DNA of 56,746 nt from Candidatus Zambryskiibacteriota bacterium. GTDB lineage: Bacteria; Patescibacteriota; Minisyncoccia; Phycocordibacterales; WO2-35-19. This document shows, piece after piece, positions 10,561 through 19,062 of this stretch (position 1 is the stretch's first letter; each line of letters begins with the position of its first letter). A program made the position numbers and the translations under genes. The notes beneath the pieces are model-generated. The model worked only from the letters and a program-made list of their open reading frames with translations, ran no database searches and was not told where the DNA came from. The stretch spans positions 1 to 56,746 of the forward strand of contig JASNZL010000001.1 of the NCBI GenBank assembly GCA_048499675.1, read 5' to 3'.

Positions 10561-10705
10561 ATTTCCGGGGCGAACGCAACGAATGAAGTTCAAGCCGGTG
10601 AGCTTATTGTTGGTGTTCGTGTTGCCGTTAGAAAGGTTCGTGTTCCAAGCGTTAGCGGTATTATTGGATTGAGTAGTGGCCGACCAGTAGTTGCGATTGA
10701 CGCCT
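10561..10705 (-). repeat. DGR template repeat (TR)
   Basis: It aligns without gaps to 12319-12463 (127/145 identical). All 18 differences are at plus-strand T, which is A on the minus strand. In the VR frame the TR is rich in AAY (Asn) codons. Confidence 0.9.
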
Positions 10706-10779
10706 CTGCAAAATGTCCCGTCATACCTGATTTTCTCCAAAATTCGATTATTTAAAAAAATACAAATTCACGCCATAAA

Positions 10780-10798
10780 TATCCGTTAAAAACGGATA
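10780..10798 (-). other. 8-bp hairpin between avd and TR
   Basis: The sequence tatccgtt-aaa-aacggata. It lies in the presumed avd-TR transcript. Confidence 0.35.
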
Positions 10799-10916
10799 AA
10801 CGGGACCGCAATAAACAAGCTCGCTCCCTATTTTTCAATCATCCTTAATTGGACAGGTGAAAACAAATTACAAGAAAAGTTCTTGAATATTTGAGGGATT
10901 CCGGCTTTTTGAAATT

Positions 10917-11297
10917 TTATTTTGATTTTAATGAACAATTTAAACTAACCTTGTTGCATTTTGCCCAATCAAGCCAACCATAGAGCTGTTTTGATATTTC
11001 CTCTATCATTTTATTAAAATATTCATATCTTTTCAAACCAAGCACATTTAAATCTCTTGCCAATCTGAAGTGTATGCGAAGTTGCTCCAATCTGAGAGTG
11101 GCTCTTTTTAAAACCAAAGTTTTGTCCTCCTCTGAATTGGCTTCAATCACATAGTTTATAAGACTTGACGCAATTTCCTTCAGGGTTTTGCCCAATCCAT
11201 ATTTGTATTCTCGTGGAAATTTGGCCACTGTTCGGTAAACCTCAAGATTCATCTTGTAAACCGATTGAAAAATCTGCAAATGATTGTATTGAGCCAT
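10917..11297 (-). CDS. avd: DGR accessory variability determinant (Avd), four-helix-bundle family
   Basis: Size is 126 aa and the protein is helical. The FPREYKYGLGKTLKEIASSLINYVIEAN segment is typical of the four-helix-bundle / 23S-IVS protein family. It lies directly upstream of the TR on the same strand. Confidence 0.75.
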   Translation of the reverse strand: MAQYNHLQIFQSVYKMNLEVYRTVAKFPREYKYGLGKTLKEIASSLINYVIEANSEEDKTLVLKRATLRLEQLRIHFRLARDLNVLGLKRYEYFNKMIEEISKQLYGWLDWAKCNKVSLNCSLKSK

Positions 11298-11325
11298 ATC
11301 AGCCTATTTTAACAAATTTAAAAAA

Positions 11326-11532
11326 TTATTTGACACTTTCTATATCTCTCAAGATCATCTTAATTATTTTTGGATGAAGAGCCTTTTGTCCATGATTAGG
11401 AATAGTAACACGAACCCCTTTTTGATGGTAAAAAATAACATGAGAACCTTTTTGTCGTGAAAAAACAAAACCAGCTTTTTTGGCTAGGATTTCTAGCTGT
11501 TTGTAATTTTTTGGAAGTTGCTTAGGAGACAT
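11326..11532 (-). CDS. hicA: HicA-family mRNA interferase toxin
   Basis: The SRQKGSHVIFYH...TIPNHG..ALHPKIIKMILRDI pattern. The start is placed at ATG 11532 and overlaps the end of hicB by 11 nt. Confidence 0.75.
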   Translation of the reverse strand: MSPKQLPKNYKQLEILAKKAGFVFSRQKGSHVIFYHQKGVRVTIPNHGQKALHPKIIKMILRDIESVK

Positions 11533-11785
11533 GACTTGGTGCAGAAAATGAAAAAGTTGTAATCGAGACATCACTTCGATCCGAATAAGGAACCACAAAA
11601 TCACCGCGCTCTAAACGATCATCTATATGCATTTCTATCACCTCCTTAATGCTTTTTATTGCTTCCTCATAGGTTTTGCCCTGTGCATAACACCCCTGCA
11701 GTTCACGACACTCTGCGACATACCCATTTTTATCTCTTTCGATAACTGCCGAAAATATTAAATTTTGATTTTTTATATTTTTCAT
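11522..11785 (-). CDS. hicB: HicB-family antitoxin
   Basis: The FSAVIERDKNGYVAECRELQGCYAQGKTYEEAIKSIKEVIEMHI segment matches the HicB/UPF0150 N-terminal fold. It is directly upstream of hicA. Confidence 0.75.
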   Translation of the reverse strand: MKNIKNQNLIFSAVIERDKNGYVAECRELQGCYAQGKTYEEAIKSIKEVIEMHIDDRLERGDFVVPYSDRSDVSITTFSFSAPSHVS

Positions 11786-11955
11786 ATAAGTATATTATAG
11801 CATACACACTATATTCGTGCCATAATTTCAAAAAGTATATTAACTAGATTCAAGATTGTGTCAGATATTTTTTTATTTCTCGTTCTGCCTCTAAAGATTA
11901 AGCTCCTAAAAATTTGTTACTTAATTTAAAATATAGCGAGTATTTCATAATATTT

Positions 11956-12255
11956 CTAACGGGATTCATAAATTGGTTTCAAATCCCTGTAAATATATTC
12001 CTTAAAATAAGGCACCACTGCTCTATCGGACACAATATCTACCGATTTATTCAATCGTTCTGATATCTCTTCTTTAAAACTTACCATATCAAGTAATGTA
12101 AATATCTGGTCGCCGAAGGAAACCAAAATGTCCACATCACTATCTTGCCTAGCTTCGCCCCTGGCATACGAGCCGAAAATGCCGGCAGATTTTATACCAT
12201 ATTTTTCAAAAATCGGTCTCGTGTTTATCGCTATATTTTCTAATGTCTCAGTCAT
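11956..12255 (-). CDS. Minimal nucleotidyltransferase (MNT-type antitoxin-like) with no HEPN partner
   Basis: The GIFGSYARGEARQDSDVDILV catalytic motif. The start is chosen at ATG 12255; alternatives are 12279 and TTG 12303. No ORF of 60 aa or more in the 170 bp downstream. Confidence 0.7.
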   Translation of the reverse strand: MTETLENIAINTRPIFEKYGIKSAGIFGSYARGEARQDSDVDILVSFGDQIFTLLDMVSFKEEISERLNKSVDIVSDRAVVPYFKEYIYRDLKPIYESR

Positions 12256-12315
12256 AAAAACATTATAACATATTTTCATTAAAATTTTAGGAAAATAATT
12301 CAAATGAAAAAATAA

Positions 12316-13497
12316 TCAAATGCCGGGGCGAACGCAACGAATGAAGGACAAGCCGGTGAGCTTAGAGTAGGGGTTCGTGAGGCCGAAAGAAAGGTTCGTG
12401 TACCAAGCGAGAGCGGTATTATAGGATAGAGTAGTGGCCGACCAGTAGTAGCGATTGACGCCTGAGGCCTCCAAATTGCCATACGAGCCATTAATATATG
12501 CTTGCATAAGTTGTTTTTGATGCGGTAGATACCAGCCAGATTTTTGATGGTCTCCATTTGAACAAAGTATTGAGGCGTCAACAATCCCTGCATTTACTAC
12601 AGAATAACTTCTGTCATATGTAGCAGAAGAGGATGCGGTCCAAGTATAAGTTGACGGCGACACATTTGAAAATTCACTACATCCAGCATTTTTGCAGGGG
12701 TGACTCCATATCAGATTTACTGCATCATCTTTGATGTATGCACCGTCGTCACCAGTACCACAATAATTATTGGCGACATCACAAATAGTCCAACTTGTTG
12801 CGTATCTATCCACAGGCGGAGCCTTAGCATTATTATAATCATCATTTCCACCATTTGCTTGACTGCCTCCATCAAATCCACCATCAGTGCGTGTGCCGTT
12901 CCAAAGATTTTTAAGTGATGTGCCAACGACCCCAAAAACATTTTTATCCGCCAAAATATTTGAGGCGATGAGATCAGTGTCGCCCTCAACATAGCCTGTA
13001 CCGTCGTGATAACCCTGCGAAATAGTTTGATTGTTGGTGTTTGGAGTAAAAAGCTGTTGGCCGATATTTGGCATCGTGCCAGTTTGGAATGACCAATCAG
13101 TCTGGGAATCACCGAAGTAGGTCCGTCCGCTCAAAACTTCAGAGGTGGTCGCTGTGCCACCCGAGGGCAAAAGTGTTCCCGCCACTCCGAGGTAGGTGGT
13201 GCCAGTTTTTACTTTGTCAGCCGAAATCAGACTTGCCAAAGCATTATAAATTTCACTTAGAGTTTTGCCACTACTCGCTAGACTGTCAGAAAAAGTGAAA
13301 CTGTGTCCACCTTCGGTCGCAGGAGTGTTGCTGGTAATAAAGTTGTAAATTTCAGAAAGAGTGTAAAACTGAGCTGAGGGAGTTCCAGAGGGCGGTGTGA
13401 TTGAGCCAGCATAAACCACGATGCCCGTACCCAAAAGTACGGATACAAGGACTGGCAGAAGCCACTTTACAAATTTCATATTTAAAAAATTTTTCAT
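12316..13497 (-). CDS. DGR target protein: secreted or anchored, with a C-terminal DUF1566 / C-type-lectin-fold variable domain
   Basis: N-terminal signal/TM segment. The C-terminus YYWSATT...AWY.N...G......K....FIRCVRPG matches the DUF1566-type ligand-binding fold. The VR occupies the last ~48 codons. Confidence 0.85.
   Translation of the reverse strand: MKNFLNMKFVKWLLPVLVSVLLGTGIVVYAGSITPPSGTPSAQFYTLSEIYNFITSNTPATEGGHSFTFSDSLASSGKTLSEIYNALASLISADKVKTGTTYLGVAGTLLPSGGTATTSEVLSGRTYFGDSQTDWSFQTGTMPNIGQQLFTPNTNNQTISQGYHDGTGYVEGDTDLIASNILADKNVFGVVGTSLKNLWNGTRTDGGFDGGSQANGGNDDYNNAKAPPVDRYATSWTICDVANNYCGTGDDGAYIKDDAVNLIWSHPCKNAGCSEFSNVSPSTYTWTASSSATYDRSYSVVNAGIVDASILCSNGDHQKSGWYLPHQKQLMQAYINGSYGNLEASGVNRYYWSATTLSYNTALAWYTNLSFGLTNPYSKLTGLSFIRCVRPGI
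12319..12463 (-). repeat. DGR variable repeat (VR), ending one codon before the stop
   Basis: This is the counterpart of TR 10561-10705. All 18 substitutions correspond to TR adenines and alter about 13 codons. The GC-rich invariant 3' end (12323-12346) is IMH-like. Confidence 0.9.
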
Positions 13498-13583
13498 ATT
13501 AAATTGAGCTACTTAGTAAGCCACTTTATTATAACAAAATTTAATTATTTTTTGCTACTAATTATCCCCTTTTATTAACTCTT

Positions 13584-13985
13584 TTATTTATTTCTTCTTA
13601 TTTTTTTCCACCCCTTATCGCCCACCTCAGCAATTCCTTTTAGTATCATTTTTATCTTTAGAGCACCTTTTTTAAATAGTCTCAATGATTTCTTCTTACT
13701 ACTTGAAAGTTCGTTTGATATATCGTCTTTAACTTTATCAATTGATGCATACAAGTCGTCTGTTTCTGCTGTAGCATAATAATCTTTACCATCTACAAGG
13801 AGATGTATTTCCGCTCTAAAGTAGTCACCTGACTTGTGGTGTTTTGTAGTTTTACCAACCTCAACATTTACTAAAACTTCTTCGGTATCATTAAAAAATT
13901 TTTGGAGCATTTTGATTTTCTTGTCAACATAGTCTGAAATCGCATCCGTCATTTCTATATTTGTTGTTTTAGTATTTATATTCAT
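13584..13985 (-). CDS. hpf: Ribosome hibernation promoting factor / RaiA family
   Basis: The N-terminal motif I..T.IEMTDAISDYV.KK is typical of the sigma-54 modulation / HPF family. Size is 133 aa. Confidence 0.8.
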   Translation of the reverse strand: MNINTKTTNIEMTDAISDYVDKKIKMLQKFFNDTEEVLVNVEVGKTTKHHKSGDYFRAEIHLLVDGKDYYATAETDDLYASIDKVKDDISNELSSSKKKSLRLFKKGALKIKMILKGIAEVGDKGWKKIRRNK

Positions 13986-14047
13986 TTTATTTAAGTTAAT
14001 TATAATTACTATAATTATAACACTTCAAGCAAAATTATGAATTATTG

Positions 14048-15634
14048 TTATAACTCTACAATAACTGCCTCATTTGGTGCCAAAATCCCTTTTTCAGCGT
14101 CAGTTTTTACTTTGCTAGACATAGTTATTTTTCCATTTAGAGGGAAATCAAAACTTCTTTCGTTTTCACTCATATTTACATAGACATAAGCTTTGTTGTT
14201 ATTATACTCCCTACAAAAACAAAAAATTTTTTCGTTTTGAATTGGCATCTCTACATAACTACCATATTTAAATAGATCTTTCTTTGATAGGTTTATGAGT
14301 TTTTTGTAAAAATTTAAAACAGAATCATTATCTTTTAATTCGAAATTTACATTTATTACATTTTGATTTTTTGGTAAACCTATCCAAGGTTTGACACTTG
14401 AGAAACCAGCGTATTCACTATTGTCCCACTGCATAACTCCTCTCTCACCATCTCTTCCCAAACTCATCCCTGGAACCTGCTTACCCCACGGATCCAGTTC
14501 TCTATTGTTTGCCACTTCTATATCTTCCATTCCTATTTCATCACCATAGTAAACAAAAGTTGTACCTGGAAGAGTGAAAGAGAGTAAAGCTAACGCCATC
14601 GCTTTATCTTTACCAACTCTTGAAATTATTCGGTGCTTATCATGATTTCCCAAAACATAATTTTTAGGCAGACCATTTGTCTCTTTTATATACCTATCAA
14701 TAAAACTCTTATACTCGTGTGCGTTCCAAGAAAGTGAAAGGAGATTAAAATTAAAAGGCATATGGTTTCCGACCGGACAATTTTTGTATACATGAAGCAA
14801 GCCATCTATATCTAAATAAGCCTCAGATATAAATACTATGTCCCCATATTTTTTTATATGATTTGAAATATTCAAAACCGATTCAATTGTCTCAGGTAAA
14901 CCATTTGTTTTGTTGTGTGCAACAGCATTATATGGGTCATCAATACCCGGTCTAAAATATGTATTTTCTTCTTCATCTCCAAATTCTTCGTCTTCAAAAA
15001 AATGATGCACCGCATCTCCCCTAAATCCATCAACTCCACGAGTGAGCCAAAAATCCATAGTCTTAAAAATTTCATTTTTAACTTCTGGATTTCTCCAATT
15101 CAAATCTGGTTGTGAAGAAAGAAATGTGTGCAAATACCACTCGTTAGTTAGAGCATCTTTTGTCCATGATGGTCCACCGAAAACTGAAACCCAGTTGTTT
15201 GGTGGAATTTCTCTACCATCCTTATCTATTTTACCTTCTCTCCAAATGTACCAATCTCTTTTTGGATTATCCTTTGATTTTTTTGATTCCAAAAACCAGT
15301 TATGTTCACTTGAAGTGTGATTTAAAACTAAATCAATCAAAACTTTTATATTTCTACTATGAGCTTCAGAAATTAACCTGTCAAAATCAAATAAATAACC
15401 AAAAATTGGATCGACTTCATTATGATTAGAAACATCATAACCAAAATCTTTTAAAGGTGATTTATAAAAAGGAGTAAGCCAAATGGCGTCCACACCCAAG
15501 TCTTTTATATAATCAAGCTTCTCTATTATTCCATTCAAATCTCCGTAACCGTCCCCGTTTGTATCTTTATAAGAAAGAGTATAAATTTGATAAATTACTG
15601 CACTATCATACCAACTTTGTTTTTTCTCTAACAT
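14048..15634 (-). CDS. GH13 alpha-amylase-family glycosidase (oligo-1,6-glucosidase / alpha-glucosidase-like)
   Basis: Motifs YQIY..S..DTNGDGYGDL.GI..KLDY...LGVDAIWL.P, DLVLNHTS, GFRGDAV and the NHD region. Confidence 0.85.
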   Translation of the reverse strand: MLEKKQSWYDSAVIYQIYTLSYKDTNGDGYGDLNGIIEKLDYIKDLGVDAIWLTPFYKSPLKDFGYDVSNHNEVDPIFGYLFDFDRLISEAHSRNIKVLIDLVLNHTSSEHNWFLESKKSKDNPKRDWYIWREGKIDKDGREIPPNNWVSVFGGPSWTKDALTNEWYLHTFLSSQPDLNWRNPEVKNEIFKTMDFWLTRGVDGFRGDAVHHFFEDEEFGDEEENTYFRPGIDDPYNAVAHNKTNGLPETIESVLNISNHIKKYGDIVFISEAYLDIDGLLHVYKNCPVGNHMPFNFNLLSLSWNAHEYKSFIDRYIKETNGLPKNYVLGNHDKHRIISRVGKDKAMALALLSFTLPGTTFVYYGDEIGMEDIEVANNRELDPWGKQVPGMSLGRDGERGVMQWDNSEYAGFSSVKPWIGLPKNQNVINVNFELKDNDSVLNFYKKLINLSKKDLFKYGSYVEMPIQNEKIFCFCREYNNNKAYVYVNMSENERSFDFPLNGKITMSSKVKTDAEKGILAPNEAVIVEL

Positions 15635-15937
15635 AAATATATTGTATCAAAAAATCCTAGTTATAAAACAAATATTGATATTTTTATAAAAATATTTCTT
15701 TGTATTATATCCACAGATTTGTGAGACTTATCAACATATAATCCACAACTATTACACCGATTTAACCCCTTGAGACTATTGACTAAATAAAATATAGCGG
15801 GACAATTAGTATAGCGGTTAATTTGGGGAGACCTCCATAAATCAAATATATGAGATTTTATGTGTCTGAGTGTTATGAGCCTCAACCTTAAATCATAAAC
15901 TATAAAAAAAGGGGTGATACTCTTCAAAAAGAACCGA

Positions 15938-15978
15938 GACACCAAAAATGCCACGCCACGTGCGGCATTTTTGGTGTC
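15938..15978 (-). terminator. Hairpin downstream of the VanY-like gene
   Basis: A 15-bp perfect stem, gacaccaaaaatgcc / ggcatttttggtgtc, 17 nt after the stop at 15995. Confidence 0.55.
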
Positions 15979-15994
15979 AACTCCTTAACAAATA

Positions 15995-16846
15995 CTAATC
16001 AAATATACTCAAAAGATAGGCGTCAATTATTGACTGATTTACATTATAAAAACTCTCTCCATCTTCTTTTAATCTTTTTGCAAGATTAACACCAACAAAT
16101 CTCCAGTGCCATGGTTCATACTCGTAAAATTGATTTCCTTCTGGATAAGACAATATAAATCCATAATTGTGTGCATTATCCAAAAGCCATTTATAACTTT
16201 CTGTATTTTTGAATAAACCAAAACTTGTTCCGGTTTTTGGAGTAGTAAAATCTACAGTTGTTCCGAGTTGATGTTCCGAATAACCTTGATCTGCCGAAAA
16301 CCTATTTGCTCCACTACCATATACTACTGAATAACCGTTTTTTAAGACTGTCTGATCACCAAAAGAACGATAAGCAGAAATTATTTTTAAAGGAATACCA
16401 TCTTTCTCTGCGTCTAAAATAAGTTCTTCTAGTTTTGGTAAAACTTTGGCATGTATTTGCATTGATCTACTCTTATCAAACAAATATTCTTCTGGTATTA
16501 GAGCCAAATCACTTGGAACATAATGTTCGTTTAAAAAATATACTTTTGAATATTTTTGAAGCAATTCTTTGTCGGTTTTTGATAGTTTATCTAGATTGCT
16601 AACAGTCCCAACTATCTCTCCTATTTGAGTTTGAAATAGAGTATTTCGCTCCCTTTCCGCAGAAAGTTCTCTTTGTAACAAATAATTATTTTCGCCCATC
16701 TCTAGGGTTTTAGACTCAATATTTAATATAGTGCTATTTATCTCTTGATTAAATATGTAGGAGTAATAGGCATAAAAAAACAGACTAGCTAGTGCCAATA
16801 TGGATAAAATGTATTTCAATATTTTATGATATTTTTCTTTTTTCAT
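15995..16846 (-). CDS. M15B (VanY-like) D-alanyl-D-alanine carboxypeptidase
   Basis: SEHQLGTTVDF and EPWHWRFVG zinc-site motifs, with an N-terminal TM anchor. Confidence 0.8.
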   Translation of the reverse strand: MKKEKYHKILKYILSILALASLFFYAYYSYIFNQEINSTILNIESKTLEMGENNYLLQRELSAERERNTLFQTQIGEIVGTVSNLDKLSKTDKELLQKYSKVYFLNEHYVPSDLALIPEEYLFDKSRSMQIHAKVLPKLEELILDAEKDGIPLKIISAYRSFGDQTVLKNGYSVVYGSGANRFSADQGYSEHQLGTTVDFTTPKTGTSFGLFKNTESYKWLLDNAHNYGFILSYPEGNQFYEYEPWHWRFVGVNLAKRLKEDGESFYNVNQSIIDAYLLSIFD

Positions 16847-16873
16847 CTTATGAATATATCACACTTTGGGAAA

Positions 16874-17314
16874 CTAGTTTATTAAAAAATAAACTAGTAA
16901 CAAAAGATTACCCCACCAAAAAATGTCAGATACAATGAGCGAAAAAGTAATTTTTTTCTGCCATAACTCAGGTAAAAGCTCTTTTGATCTCCCTTGTATT
17001 TCTCTTTCAATAAGTCTCGGACTAATTACAAAACTTAGGAATAAACCATTCAATATTAGAATCAATGCAGAAATAGTGTGAATAAATGGAATCCAAAAAA
17101 ATGGCACATCTCTATAAAAAATAAAACCGCCAATCAAAGTTAAAATTATACCCAGCCATATTAGAGGTTTTGTAACTTTGTGAGTTCTGATGGTTGCCTC
17201 ATTCCAATATGGATTCTTCCTCCCCAAAAATCCGTGAATATCAATAACTGTCACAGCGCCAAGCCCCACCACAAATCCCGTTATCAAAATAAACAAACCT
17301 AAAAAATCAATCAT
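16874..17314 (-). CDS. Hypothetical integral membrane protein (4 TM)
   Basis: Hydrophobicity pattern only. Confidence 0.5.
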   Translation of the reverse strand: MIDFLGLFILITGFVVGLGAVTVIDIHGFLGRKNPYWNEATIRTHKVTKPLIWLGIILTLIGGFIFYRDVPFFWIPFIHTISALILILNGLFLSFVISPRLIEREIQGRSKELLPELWQKKITFSLIVSDIFWWGNLLLLVYFLIN

Positions 17315-17907
17315 ATTTGTATATTATTTTTACTTCTGGCATTTTTAAGTGCTTCACTCCACCACTTAAGCTCATTTATAATTTTAAGTGCTCCATTATT
17401 ATATTCATCCAAAACACCTTCTTTTAATTCATTGTTTTCGTTAACCAAAAACCACGGACTATTTATGTGCAACGCATTTCTAGTTGATGCCATCTGTATT
17501 TCCACAGCAACCTGTCTCAATTGTTCTACAGCTCTTGCACCTCCCTGACTACCATAGGCAACAAAAGCTACAGCCTTATGGTTCCACTCTTTGTATAAAT
17601 GATCTATTGCATTTTTTAAAGCCGATGAATAACCGTGATTATATTCAGGAGTAACAATTATAAAACCATCCGCCTCGCGTATTTTATCCGCCCATTTGTC
17701 TATTTTTGGATTACCATAAGATCCTTCCACATACGCAGGGGAAGTTTTTGAGTTAAAGATTGGTAAATCAAAATCTTTCAAATCCAAAATTTCTACATCC
17801 AATTCATTGTCCTTTGAAATTATTTCGTAAAACCATTTTGTTGCATGTTCTCCAAACCTGCTCTCTCTTATACTCCCTATTATTATTTTTATGTTTAACT
17901 TTTCCAT
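17311..17907 (-). CDS. NAD(P)H-dependent FMN reductase family protein
   Basis: The GSIRE.R.G and IIVTPEYNHGYSSALKNAID motifs. Confidence 0.8.
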   Translation of the reverse strand: MEKLNIKIIIGSIRESRFGEHATKWFYEIISKDNELDVEILDLKDFDLPIFNSKTSPAYVEGSYGNPKIDKWADKIREADGFIIVTPEYNHGYSSALKNAIDHLYKEWNHKAVAFVAYGSQGGARAVEQLRQVAVEIQMASTRNALHINSPWFLVNENNELKEGVLDEYNNGALKIINELKWWSEALKNARSKNNIQI

Positions 17908-17924
17908 TTTATTTTTTATAAATA

Positions 17925-18452
17925 TTAAATTTTTGTTGAATCAATCGCCCAATGTAATACTGCTTGTCTTTGTCTTCTCCTGCAGTTTAAATCTCTTGCC
18001 CTGCAATTTTTTGCTATTGCTCCCACATGTCTCTTTATTGCCTTCCATCTTTTTATTTGTCTGCGATCTTCCTCTGGAATTCTTCTGCCCAAATAATAAC
18101 GACAATACCACTCAAACCAACCATGAGGATCATCCTTGTATATCCAACCTTTTTGTTTCCACACAGAGAGAGGTTGGCTTGCTTCTACACCAAAAAAATT
18201 TAATTCACCCTTTTTTGTATTATTTTGAGAAAGTTTAATTCCTTTAAACCACGACTTTGGTAAATCATTTGGTATTAATCCTTTTACTCCTATAAAATAT
18301 GCACCTCCAAAAACTCCCATCTTTAACATTTCTTTTGGTGTTAGATCAGGTTTAAATTCTATATCAAAATTTTTACCGATTGGTCGAACAAGCTCGTATT
18401 TATATTTTTTCTGGAATGTATTGTTTGCTATCAACTCTCTTTTCTTTGACAT
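17925..18452 (-). CDS. Conserved hypothetical protein with a basic C-terminus
   Basis: Long ORF with protein-like composition (GWFEWYCRYYLGRR segment). No function assigned. Confidence 0.5.
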   Translation of the reverse strand: MSKKRELIANNTFQKKYKYELVRPIGKNFDIEFKPDLTPKEMLKMGVFGGAYFIGVKGLIPNDLPKSWFKGIKLSQNNTKKGELNFFGVEASQPLSVWKQKGWIYKDDPHGWFEWYCRYYLGRRIPEEDRRQIKRWKAIKRHVGAIAKNCRARDLNCRRRQRQAVLHWAIDSTKI

Positions 18453-18453
18453 A

Positions 18454-18990
18454 TTATTCAGAAAATACTATCGGTATAATTAGATAATCATCATTTTCAG
18501 GAAGACCTGATGGATTATCTTTTTCAAATACTATTACACCATTTTTGGTATCAGGTTTTTCAAATTCCAAAGTTGCCTCAAATGGCACAAACTCTGTTGT
18601 CATCCAATCACTTTTTGCTGTCGCTATAGCTAGAGCAATCTCTTTTCCGTTTGAATCAAAAAGTCTTATAGGAAAGCTGGCTTCAAAATACCAGTATCCC
18701 CTTGCTGTCCCTTTTATCAAATAAGGACTTTGTATTTCTGTGTTTGGTCTTGGGTTTTCAACCATTATTAAATCAATTTTTTCAAACTCATTTCCAATAT
18801 CTCTCGTAAAAGTTTTGTCCGGAGAAACACATTGTTCTGGATAACTCTCTAGAATCGGATAACCCATTTCCACACACTCCTCAAAACTATTTATAGATAT
18901 TTTTTCTGTATCTTTATTAAAATTCGCTATAGCCAAAAAGATTGCGAGGAGTACAATTAATATCGATATAATAATATAATACTTGTTCAT
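18454..18990 (-). CDS. Membrane-anchored Gmad2-type Ig-like domain protein
   Basis: TM anchor, then SPYLIKGTARGYWYFEASFPIRLFDSNG...WMTTEFVPFEATLEF, which is typical of Gmad2 Ig-like domains. Confidence 0.6.
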   Translation of the reverse strand: MNKYYIIISILIVLLAIFLAIANFNKDTEKISINSFEECVEMGYPILESYPEQCVSPDKTFTRDIGNEFEKIDLIMVENPRPNTEIQSPYLIKGTARGYWYFEASFPIRLFDSNGKEIALAIATAKSDWMTTEFVPFEATLEFEKPDTKNGVIVFEKDNPSGLPENDDYLIIPIVFSE

Positions 18991-19014
18991 ATAAATATTT
19001 TAACACTAAATCAA

Positions 19015-19041
19015 AAAAGCGGAAATCAACCCGCTTTTTTG
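19015..19041 (-). terminator. Rho-independent terminator (bidirectional form)
   Basis: The sequence aaaaaagcgg-aaatcaac-ccgctttttt, 22 nt after the stop at 19063. Confidence 0.7.
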
Positions 19042-19062
19042 TAGTGACTTAGTTTAAGGTAA

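Noticed and set aside
10531-10740. 69-aa minus-strand ORF overlapping the RT stop and the intergenic region
   Set aside because: It is the conceptual translation of the DGR template repeat. Its similarity to the target C-terminus is the TR/VR relationship, not a second gene.
12300-13298. Four alternative-frame ORFs (12300-12593, 12700-12918, 12717-13112, 13068-13298) inside the DGR target gene
   Set aside because: They are fully nested in the 393-aa target ORF, which has a signal peptide and a recognisable lectin-fold end. Their compositions are not protein-like.
15661-15954. 97-aa minus-strand ORF in the 360-bp gap
   Set aside because: It has an odd composition, no SD and no motif. The region is better explained as non-coding (promoter, DnaA-box-like cluster, terminator).
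17891-18238. 115-aa plus-strand ORF
   Set aside because: It is antisense to two better-supported minus-strand genes and has a Leu/Phe-rich low-complexity composition typical of AT-rich antisense frames.
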